Source: an uncultured Chitinophagales bacterium (lineage in GTDB: Bacteria > Bacteroidota > Bacteroidia > Chitinophagales > JADIYW01). Taken from it: a stretch of DNA of 64,000 nucleotides. The number at the start of each line of letters is the position of its first letter. Positions within the stretch are counted from its first letter, which is position 1. The notes below the pieces were generated by a model, which worked only from the letters and a program-made list of their open reading frames with translations, was not told the origin of the DNA and ran no database searches. Shown here one piece after another: positions 42,887 through 50,914 of the stretch. Location of the stretch: NCBI GenBank assembly GCA_964472755.1, contig CAYYMF010000003.1:4706-68705 (forward strand). The letters run 5' to 3'. The translations under genes were made by a program, and so were the position numbers.

Positions 42887-44236
42887 ATGGAAGAAACTCT
42901 AGAAATCACCAATGACTTTGTATCCAGTATATCATTAAGACATGCTAACGAACCTGAATTCTTACAAGCCGTTTTTGAAGTTTCAGAAGATTTAATTCCA
43001 TATATAGAAAAAAATCCTGAATACACTAAACACAAAATCCTAGAGTGCATGACAGAACCTGAGCGTGCTATAATTTTCAGAGTTCCTTGGATAAATGATA
43101 AAGGAGAAATTGAAATCAATCGTGGATATAGAATACAAATGAATAGTGCTATTGGACCATACAAGGGAGGTTTACGCTTTCATCCATCTGTAAATTTAAG
43201 TATTCTAAAATTTTTAGCTTTTGAACAAATTTTAAAAAACAGCCTTACAGGTTTGCCAATGGGAGGCGGAAAAGGCGGTAGTGATTTTGATCCAAAAGGA
43301 AAAAGTGATGCTGAAATTATGAAATTCTGCCAAAGTTTTATGACAGAATTATCAAAATATATCGGTCCAAATACAGATGTTCCAGCTGGAGATATTGGTG
43401 TTGGTGGACGAGAAATCGGTTATTTATTTGGACAATACAGAAGACTAAGAAGTGAATTTTCTGGGGTACTTACTGGAAAAGGTTTAGAGTTTGGAGGGAG
43501 CCTTATCCGACCTGAAGCTACAGGATATGGATTGGTTTATTTTGTTGAAGAGATGTTACAACACAAAGGCGATTCATTAAAAGGCAAGCAAGTTGTAGTT
43601 TCAGGCTCAGGAAATGTGGCACAATACACTATCCAAAAATGTTTAGAAATGGGTGCTAAGGTATTAACAGCATCAGATTCAGAAGGCTATATTTATGACC
43701 CAGCAGGAATTGATGAAGAGAAATTAGCATTTATCTTTGAATTGAAAAATGTAAAAAGAGGCAGAATCAAGGAGTATGCTAAAAAATATGGTTGTGATTT
43801 TGTTGCTAATGAAAAACCTTGGAGTGTAAAATGCGACGTAGCATTACCATGTGCCACACAAAATGAATTAGATGAAAACGGAGCAATGGAACTCGTAAAA
43901 AATGGTTGCCATATTGTTGGAGAAGGTGCAAATATGCCAAGTACGCCTGGTGCCATCACTGTTTTTCAAGATAATAGAGTACTTTATGCTCCAGGAAAAG
44001 CTGCAAATGCTGGTGGTGTTGCAGTAAGTGGTTTAGAAATGTCCCAAAACTCAATGCGTTATAATTGGACAAGAGAAGAAGTTGATGAAAAACTAAAATG
44101 GATAATGCAAAATATTCATAAGACATGTGTAAAATTTGGTTGTGAAGAAGATGGATTTATCAATTATAAAAAGGGTGCAAATATCGGTGGCTTTGTAAAA
44201 GTAGCTGAAGCGATGTTAGCTCAAGGATTAGTATAA
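42887..44236 (+). CDS. gdhA: NADP-specific glutamate dehydrogenase
   Basis: 449-aa ORF with catalytic Lys loop LPMGGGKGGSDFDPKG and Rossmann motif VSGSGNVAQY. Confidence 0.95.
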   Translation: MEETLEITNDFVSSISLRHANEPEFLQAVFEVSEDLIPYIEKNPEYTKHKILECMTEPERAIIFRVPWINDKGEIEINRGYRIQMNSAIGPYKGGLRFHPSVNLSILKFLAFEQILKNSLTGLPMGGGKGGSDFDPKGKSDAEIMKFCQSFMTELSKYIGPNTDVPAGDIGVGGREIGYLFGQYRRLRSEFSGVLTGKGLEFGGSLIRPEATGYGLVYFVEEMLQHKGDSLKGKQVVVSGSGNVAQYTIQKCLEMGAKVLTASDSEGYIYDPAGIDEEKLAFIFELKNVKRGRIKEYAKKYGCDFVANEKPWSVKCDVALPCATQNELDENGAMELVKNGCHIVGEGANMPSTPGAITVFQDNRVLYAPGKAANAGGVAVSGLEMSQNSMRYNWTREEVDEKLKWIMQNIHKTCVKFGCEEDGFINYKKGANIGGFVKVAEAMLAQGLV

Positions 44237-44367
44237 AAAAGAAATAGCAAGAAACATTTAGCTTTAAGAAATTATTCAAGTTTAGTTGAGATTACACTTG
44301 AATAATAGTAATTCTATTCAACACTTGTGCTAAAAATACTAGCCCTCGCAAAGACATTAATACATTA

Positions 44368-44931
44368 ATGAATATTGTAAAAACGACAAAAAAATCCATT
44401 TTGGCTAAAAACTTTAAGATACAGGAACTCGAAAGCGACATTATAAAACTTATTCCTCTGACTGAATTTGATTTTGAAAGATTATACGAAGTCGCTTCTG
44501 ACCCATTGATTTGGGAACAACATCCTTCAAGTGACAGATATAAGCGAGAAATATTTGAAAAATATTTTATTGGTGCAAGTTTAAGTAATACAGCTTTTAT
44601 CATCATTGATAAACTAACAAATAAAGTCATTGGTTCTACTCGTTTTTACGACTATAAGCCAGAGAAACCAAGTATCGCAATTGGTTATACTTTTTTGGCA
44701 AGATCGTATTGGGGTGGACACTATAATCATTCAGTAAAAAAAGTACTTTTAGACTACGCATTTGAATTTGTGGACAAAGTATATTTTCATATCGGACCAA
44801 CTAATATACGCTCTCAAAAAGCCACAATGAAAATAGGAGCGATAAAGGTAGGCGAATTCAATCTTGATTCTAACGGACAAAAAGTAACGCACTTTGAATA
44901 TTTAATAGAAAAAAAAGATTGGAGATTCTAG
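44368..44931 (+). CDS. GNAT-family N-acetyltransferase
   Basis: 187-aa ORF with RimJ/RimL-like layout (IGYTFLARSYWGGHYN, acetyl-CoA loop region). Confidence 0.75.
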   Translation: MNIVKTTKKSILAKNFKIQELESDIIKLIPLTEFDFERLYEVASDPLIWEQHPSSDRYKREIFEKYFIGASLSNTAFIIIDKLTNKVIGSTRFYDYKPEKPSIAIGYTFLARSYWGGHYNHSVKKVLLDYAFEFVDKVYFHIGPTNIRSQKATMKIGAIKVGEFNLDSNGQKVTHFEYLIEKKDWRF

Positions 44932-44981
44932 ACCGCAAGTGTCTTATTCTGAAATAGGTTTACACATAAAATGCATTAATC

Positions 44982-45146
44982 CCGAATTATGCAATAGGAT
45001 TCGTTATGAAAGTGAAAATACCAATAAAATAGAAACTTTTACGATTGAAACATAGCAATCTCAATGGTATATGAGCAATAATTAGCGTAGCGTTATATTT
45101 TGCAGGCGTTTTCGATTGTAAATAGAATATCTATTGCATTATTCGG
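44982..45146. repeat. 165-bp segment bounded by a 16-bp inverted repeat (15/16 match)
   Basis: CCGAATTATGCAATAG (44982..44997) matches the reverse complement of CTATTGCATTATTCGG (45131..45146) at 15 of 16 positions. It lies in the GNAT / WG-repeat intergenic region. Confidence 0.6.
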
Positions 45147-45214
45147 AATAATACTAAAACTTATAGATATTGATTTTTTTATTAAAATTATTTAATTTTA
45201 TTAAAACAAATAAA

Positions 45215-47248
45215 ATGAGGTTCTTATTTTTTTTGGTTATTTACTTATGTAGTCAAAGTTTAATAGCACAACAACTTATACGTTTTAAGGGTAGCAATGG
45301 AAAATTTGGATTTAAAGACAATACTGGCAAAGTAATTGTACAGCCAAAATACGACGATGTTGGCTATATGAATATGGGTGTTGCTTTGGTAGTAAACGAA
45401 GGAAAGAAAGCACTCATTGACACTAGTGGAAAAGAAATCACACCATTTAAATACGACCATATCTTTAACTTTAAAGAAGATTTGGCAGCCGTAAACATTG
45501 GTGGCTACTATGATAATGATAAAGATGATGTATTGGGAGGCAAATGGGGTTATATCAATAAGAAAGGTATTGAAATTACACCTATAAAATATGATTATGC
45601 TTATGATTTTGTGGATGGACTGGCAAAAGTAGAAATTAACAATTCTATTTTATTTATTGATAAAACAGGAAAGGAAGTTAGTGCTGCATTTCAAACCCAA
45701 ACGGAACAAGACAATGTTGCTTATGTACCAACAAAACCATTAGCTAAACCTATTGGTGAATTAAAAAAATATCAAGACAATAATAAAAAGTACGGGTTTA
45801 AGGATAGCAAAGGTACTATCATCATTGCTCCAAAATTTGATTATGTAAACAAGTTTGAAAATGGAATTGCCAGAGTACGAATTGGTACAAATTACAACAC
45901 TTGGAAATATGGTTATATTGACGCCTTGGGCAATGAAGTAATACCAGTAAAATATCATTCACTCAGTGCTTGCGAAGAAGGTTTAATTTGTGCAGGATTA
46001 GATGATAAATATGGTTTTTTCGATAAAACTGGCAAGACCATAATACCTTTTAAATATAAATCCGCCAACTCTTTTAAAGATGGTTTGGCAGTAGTTCTAT
46101 CAGAAAATAATCTTTATGGTTATATAGACAAAAACGATAAATTAATTATTCCTGCAATCTACAATTATGGACATGATTTTAAAGATGGAATGGCATTGGT
46201 TAATCTAAAAGACAAATTTGGATTCATCAATAAATCTGGTAAAGTAGTAATACCTATCAAATATGACAATGCGTATGAATTTAGTGAAGGATTAGCTGCT
46301 GTTAATAAAGGTGCAGAAAAATCTGGGTATGCACTTAAAGGTGGAAAATATGGTTTTATTAATACTTCTGGCGAAGTTGTTGTTCCACTTATTTACGATC
46401 AAGTGGAACCATTTTCTGAAGGTTTGGCTTGTGTAACACAAAACAATAAATCGGGTTTTATTGACAAAACAGGAAAAGTCATTATTCCATTGCAATATGA
46501 ATATAGAACTAGTTTTGATTACGGAAAAGCGCATGTTACTTTAAATGGAAAAAGTTTTTACATAGACAAAACAGGTAAAGAAACTACTCCATCAAAACGA
46601 ATCACTTTCACTAACGGATATTACGTTGGTGAATATAAAGATGCAACAACCAGAAATGGAAAAGGGAAAATGGTTTGGGAAAATGGTGATGTCTATGAAG
46701 GAGAATGGCTGAATGATGAAATACATGGGAAAGGGAAAATTACTTATGCTAATGGAAATGTTTACGAAGGCGATTTTGTAAACGGAAAATTAGTAACCCA
46801 AACCAATAAGATTACAACTCCAGTTAAAACGAGCTACTCACCTTTACAATTATACGCTACAATAGCCTCACCAGAACCAGCAGAAAGTAATTTTAACAAT
46901 GCTATCGCAAAGGCAACTACTTCTTTAGAACGTGGAAAAGTATTAAATGAATTTATTAATGCTGTAATGATATTAAACTATACTGACCAAGAAAAAGCAG
47001 GCCTAATTGCCGACAAATACACATCTGTAATGAATATTGACTTTCATGGCGTATTTAATTCACTTATGAAAGTTGATTCTAAATATGTAACATTTTTGAC
47101 AAAAAATGTATATGCTGTATTACCTCTAGATCAGGTAAAAGCATTAAAAGATATGGCGAATTATATTGTAACAAAATATACCAATAAAACCAATCCACCA
47201 GCTTGGCCAAGTAATGTTCCAAAAGAAGGTGAAGGCTGGAAATATTAA
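45215..47248 (+). CDS. Secreted WG-repeat (KWG) protein with MORN repeats and an unassigned C-terminal domain
   Basis: Start preferred at MRFLFFLVIYLCSQSLIAQQ. It has more than 10 repeats of the form G(K/Y)(F/W/Y)G(F/Y)I(D/N)K.GK..IP..YD, then MORN-like repeats (GKGKMVWENGDVYEGEW, HGKGKITYANGNVYEGDF), then ~150 aa of unknown type. Confidence 0.8.
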   Translation: MRFLFFLVIYLCSQSLIAQQLIRFKGSNGKFGFKDNTGKVIVQPKYDDVGYMNMGVALVVNEGKKALIDTSGKEITPFKYDHIFNFKEDLAAVNIGGYYDNDKDDVLGGKWGYINKKGIEITPIKYDYAYDFVDGLAKVEINNSILFIDKTGKEVSAAFQTQTEQDNVAYVPTKPLAKPIGELKKYQDNNKKYGFKDSKGTIIIAPKFDYVNKFENGIARVRIGTNYNTWKYGYIDALGNEVIPVKYHSLSACEEGLICAGLDDKYGFFDKTGKTIIPFKYKSANSFKDGLAVVLSENNLYGYIDKNDKLIIPAIYNYGHDFKDGMALVNLKDKFGFINKSGKVVIPIKYDNAYEFSEGLAAVNKGAEKSGYALKGGKYGFINTSGEVVVPLIYDQVEPFSEGLACVTQNNKSGFIDKTGKVIIPLQYEYRTSFDYGKAHVTLNGKSFYIDKTGKETTPSKRITFTNGYYVGEYKDATTRNGKGKMVWENGDVYEGEWLNDEIHGKGKITYANGNVYEGDFVNGKLVTQTNKITTPVKTSYSPLQLYATIASPEPAESNFNNAIAKATTSLERGKVLNEFINAVMILNYTDQEKAGLIADKYTSVMNIDFHGVFNSLMKVDSKYVTFLTKNVYAVLPLDQVKALKDMANYIVTKYTNKTNPPAWPSNVPKEGEGWKY

Positions 47249-47511
47249 TTCTGTACACTAAATTGTACGAATAATAGAAATATCAAATTTAGAAGGAATT
47301 CAAACTCCGATATAAACCAAGAACGAAAAATTATACTAGATTCTAAAGATTGGGCACCTAAACATTGTAAGACAAGATGTGTATATTTAACCACTTGAAT
47401 TATTAAAACTGGGATATTGATAAGCCCCTTCAACAACCAACAGAAAAAATAATGAAAGAAGAAGATGATGTGAAGTATAATGACTAATTGAATAGCATAT
47501 ATAAATTTTAG

Positions 47512-47519
47512 TATCTTTG
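47512..47519 (+). promoter_or_regulatory. Bacteroidota -7 box TATCTTTG upstream of the vapB-like gene
   Basis: Exact TAnnTTTG lies 22 nt upstream of ATG 47542. Confidence 0.45.
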
Positions 47520-47541
47520 TAGGTAATAAAAAAGTTGGAAA

Positions 47542-47832
47542 ATGAAAGCTGCTGATGTAAATATAAATTTGGTGGACAGCTATTTTACGCTGCTAAAGAA
47601 TCTAAGTCCTAACAATAAATTAGAACTTATATCCCGACTTTCAAAGTCGCTAAAAACAACTACAAAAAAGAAAAATGATAATTTTTTAGATGAGTTGTAC
47701 GGCTCTTGGGTTTCAGTCCAATCGGCAGATGAACTTGTGGAAGAATTAAAAAAAGCAAGAAACTTTAGTAGCAAAAGAGAAGAATTATGTAAAAATATCT
47801 TCTCGACACCAACATCTGCATTTATCTATTGA
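47542..47832 (+). CDS. Putative antitoxin of the adjacent PIN/VapC module; 3' end apparently extended by 14 codons
   Basis: 96-aa ORF immediately upstream of, and overlapping, a PIN-domain reading frame. The last 14 residues (CKNIFSTPTSAFIY) are read from the toxin N-terminal region in another frame. The antitoxin family itself is not recognised. Confidence 0.6.
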   Translation: MKAADVNINLVDSYFTLLKNLSPNNKLELISRLSKSLKTTTKKKNDNFLDELYGSWVSVQSADELVEELKKARNFSSKREELCKNIFSTPTSAFIY

Positions 47833-48188
47833 AAGGTCATTTCAATTTACACAATAAAATCAAGCAAATAGGAGAAGAAAATTGTGTACTATCAGAAATC
47901 ACAATAGCTGAATTAAAATTTGGGGCTGAAAACAGCATTCAAAAAGAAAAAAACAGAAAAAGTGTTGATTTAATACAAAATAAGTTAACAATTCTTCCAA
48001 TTTTTCCTGCTCTTGACATTTATGCAATCGAAAAATCTAGACTGAAAACTAAGGGTAATATATTGGACGATTTTGACTTACTTATCGGCTCAACAGCTAT
48101 TATCAATAACCTGACATTAGTAACAAAAAATGTAAGTGATTTCGAACGACTTGACGGAATTTTAATAGAAGACTGGACAGTAATCTAA
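47787..48188 (+). pseudogene. PIN-domain (VapC-like) toxin gene with a stop at codon 2
   Basis: Reading from ATG 47787 gives M-*(TAA 47790..47792)-KYLLDTNICIYLLKGHFNLHNKIKQ...SEITIAELKFG...DDFDLLIGSTA...TKNVSDFERL. This is a full-length 133-codon PIN domain with the usual four acidic positions. The only canonical-start ORF (TTG 47829) lacks the first catalytic Asp. Confidence 0.8.
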
Positions 48189-48347
48189 CAGAAATACAAC
48201 AGGTAATAAGCAAACCAAACAGACGACAATGTATAAAAAATAAAACCAAGTGGCGAAACGTATGAACCATCACGCGGTTGACCAAAAATCAACACTTCAG
48301 TTTACAAGTAATAGGAATACCAAATTTAGAGAGATTCCACTACTTAA

Positions 48348-49136
48348 TTATTGACTTAAAGCACGTTGTCTCAAGGCTTCGAAAATTATAATGGCTAAGG
48401 AATTAGAAACATTCAATGAATCATTTTGTCCTCGCATGGGAATGATAATATTTTGTGTTGAATTTTCTTCCCAAAAAGCATTTACCCCTTCCGCTTCTGT
48501 ACCTACGACAATGGCACAAGACAAATTATAATCAACTTTTAGATAATCTTTAGAAGATTTTAATGAAGTTGTAAAAATAGAAACATTATTATATTTTAAA
48601 TAGGCTAATATATTTTCTTTTGTATCTATTATAATTTGTTTAGAAAAAACACAACCTACCGAAGAACGCACTACATTCGGATTATACAAATCTGTTTTGG
48701 CATCTGAAATCAAAACCGCCGTAACATTTGCGGCATCTGCAATACGCAACATCGCACCGATATTTCCTGGTTTTTCAATACCATCTAAAACAATAAAAAA
48801 TGGTTGTTTATCACATTTAATTTCTGAAAGAGTCAGATGTTTTTGTTGTGCAATCGCAATGGCTTTACTTGTATTTCCTCGATATGCAATTTTTTCGAAA
48901 ACCGCAGTGTCTAATTGTATCAATTCTGCATTGGTTCTTAATGCTTGAATTTCATTCTTATATGCTGAAAGAAAGAATATATGTGTCAAATCAAAATCGT
49001 TTTTCATCGCCATTTTGATTTCCTTTAACCCATCGATAATAAAAGCATTTTCTTCACGTCTAAGCTTAGACTTTTCTTGTAATAGAAGAATTTTTTTTAT
49101 CAGCGGATTATGTAAACTAGTGATTTCTTTTAGCAT
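48348..49136 (-). CDS. TrmH/SpoU-family RNA 2'-O-methyltransferase
   Basis: The track ORF extends to 49172 and overlaps the upstream gene. ATG 49136 (MLKEITSLHNPLIKK) is preferred. SPOUT motifs: GNIGAMLRIADA, VVGTEAEGV, LNVSNSLAII. Confidence 0.85.
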   Translation of the reverse strand: MLKEITSLHNPLIKKILLLQEKSKLRREENAFIIDGLKEIKMAMKNDFDLTHIFFLSAYKNEIQALRTNAELIQLDTAVFEKIAYRGNTSKAIAIAQQKHLTLSEIKCDKQPFFIVLDGIEKPGNIGAMLRIADAANVTAVLISDAKTDLYNPNVVRSSVGCVFSKQIIIDTKENILAYLKYNNVSIFTTSLKSSKDYLKVDYNLSCAIVVGTEAEGVNAFWEENSTQNIIIPMRGQNDSLNVSNSLAIIIFEALRQRALSQ

Positions 49137-49149
49137 TAAAAGCGTAAAT

Positions 49150-50286
49150 TTACTTTTGAGCAGTTGTTGCAAAAACTTCAGCTAATTTATTTTCCAAAGC
49201 TTTGCCTCTTAAATTTTTAGCAATGATTTTTCCAGAAGGATCAATTAAATAAGTCGTCGGAATTGACTCTACATTATACAATCTTGCAGCAGATGAATTC
49301 CAACCTTTTAAATCTGCAACATGATTTTTCCAAACCAATTTATCTGTATTGATAGCAGCAATCCAAGGCTTTTCATTATTATCTAAAGACACACTAAAAA
49401 CATCAAAGCCTTTATCTTTATACTGATGATAAATCTTAACAACATTTGGGTTTTCATCTCGACAAGGACGACACCAACTTGCCCAAAAATCCAATAACAC
49501 ATATTTCCCTTGTAATTGACTCAACGATAAAGTATCACCATTGGTATTTGGCAAAGCAATATTCGGTGCTTTAGAGCCAATGCCTAATCCGCCTTGCTCT
49601 TCTTGAACTAAAGCATCTTTATAAGATTGCAATGCTGCTTGAAATTGTTTGATATAAGCTGATTTTGTATCTTTCTTTGCTAAATTATCAACCGTTTCAA
49701 TAATATAAGGAATTTCTTCTTGAATACCAGGTCCAAAAAAATTAACTGCAAAAGTGGCGACTGTTGGGTTTTCTTCTTTGGCAATAAAATCTTTTAGATG
49801 TTGAATAAACTTTGTATCATTATTGGTTAAAATAGTTTCAATAGAATCTTTTGCACTACCTTGTGCAGATTCATAAACACTCACCAACCCTTCAGCCTTA
49901 GTAGAAAAATCAGATACAAACTTCATCAAATTAGCAATTGATTGACTTCCTTCATTTCCTGAAACTTTATAATTCATAAAATTATTCGCATCAATATCCA
50001 ATTTTATATCATCTCCTTTCTTCAAATATAAATAGATAACTTTATCTTCTGACAAACTTATTCTATATAAACCATCTTCTTTGATATAATTCTCAATTTT
50101 AAAAGTTTTATTTTGGATTCTAGTTGTATCAATCATTGTGATTTCTTGTGCATTGATATCTTCCAAGACAACCAAAACATTTTCTGAATTGGTGATTGAG
50201 CCTTCTATTTTTACCTTCTTAGAATTTGAACATGAAGCAAAGAACAACATCATCAAAACCAATAATAAATAACTATTTTTTTTCAT
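49150..50286 (-). CDS. TlpA-family thiol:disulfide oxidoreductase lipoprotein (DUF4369-like N-terminal domain)
   Basis: 378-aa ORF with lipoprotein signal FFASC and thioredoxin-fold CxxC in FWASWCRPC. Confidence 0.85.
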   Translation of the reverse strand: MKKNSYLLLVLMMLFFASCSNSKKVKIEGSITNSENVLVVLEDINAQEITMIDTTRIQNKTFKIENYIKEDGLYRISLSEDKVIYLYLKKGDDIKLDIDANNFMNYKVSGNEGSQSIANLMKFVSDFSTKAEGLVSVYESAQGSAKDSIETILTNNDTKFIQHLKDFIAKEENPTVATFAVNFFGPGIQEEIPYIIETVDNLAKKDTKSAYIKQFQAALQSYKDALVQEEQGGLGIGSKAPNIALPNTNGDTLSLSQLQGKYVLLDFWASWCRPCRDENPNVVKIYHQYKDKGFDVFSVSLDNNEKPWIAAINTDKLVWKNHVADLKGWNSSAARLYNVESIPTTYLIDPSGKIIAKNLRGKALENKLAEVFATTAQK

Positions 50287-50360
50287 TTGTAATTGTATAT
50301 TTAATTTTTAGGAGCTGCTATAATTTAGCAGTCATTGAACAATTTAATTTTTAAATAAAT

Positions 50361-50804
50361 TTAAAGCATATCAACCTCATCAATATCAGAACCAGCAATT
50401 AGTCCGTCTGTCTCGTTATCTCTATTTCTCTGCGGGTTATTTTTATTGATACCTAATACGGAACGAATCAAGCCACTCAACATTCTTTGAATTTCATTCG
50501 TATTTTCTAATAATTCATCACTACTTATATAGCCTAAATCCTTACTTAAAATCAATAAATAATAAATTTCATTTAAGAAATTTTGAGCTTCAATATATAA
50601 TCTTGCTTTCTCTTGTCGGTTTCTTCTTTGAAAACCATCAGAAATTCCAACAGTTATAGCAGATGCCGTTCTTTTCAATTGGTCAATTAAAGTAAATTGT
50701 TCGCTTTGTGGAAATGATGAAGTGGCTTTGTACACATTAAGTGTCAATTGGTGTGCTTTTTTCCAAACATTCAGGTCAAAATAGGATTGAATTTTTTCTT
50801 CCAT
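50361..50804 (-). CDS. Four-helix-bundle protein (23S rRNA intervening-sequence protein / Avd-like family)
   Basis: 147-aa ORF. FDLNVWKKAHQLTLNVYKATSSFP..E.F.L..QL.R.A.S....I..G matches the TIGR02436-type family as I remember it. It carries an unusual ~30-aa acidic C-terminal tail. Confidence 0.75.
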   Translation of the reverse strand: MEEKIQSYFDLNVWKKAHQLTLNVYKATSSFPQSEQFTLIDQLKRTASAITVGISDGFQRRNRQEKARLYIEAQNFLNEIYYLLILSKDLGYISSDELLENTNEIQRMLSGLIRSVLGINKNNPQRNRDNETDGLIAGSDIDEVDML

Positions 50805-50914
50805 AAAAAATATTTATGGTTTAAAAATACCAAATAATTACTAAAAAATGTACGCTCTAAATATTAAAGAAAGATTTTAGGCTTTTTTATGATAATTGGA
50901 AGAAATATTATTAA

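Noticed and set aside
42769-43164. Minus-strand 131-aa ORF overlapping the gdhA start, and similar antisense ORFs (44292..44630, 60336..60659, 12042..12323, 28069..28449, 56443..56739 and others)
   Set aside because: Each is antisense to, or out of frame with, a well-supported conserved gene. Their compositions are those of shadow frames.
47249-47541. Gene remnant or mobile-element scar in the 290-bp spacer upstream of the vapB-like gene (and the 160-bp spacer 48189..48347)
   Set aside because: I translated the frames by eye and found no recognisable protein fragment or terminal repeats. Only an 8-mer (AAACCAAG) is shared between the two flanks, which is not significant.
50361-50804. Diversity-generating retroelement around the Avd-like four-helix-bundle gene
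   Set aside because: There is no reverse-transcriptase ORF and no template/variable repeat pair within the window.
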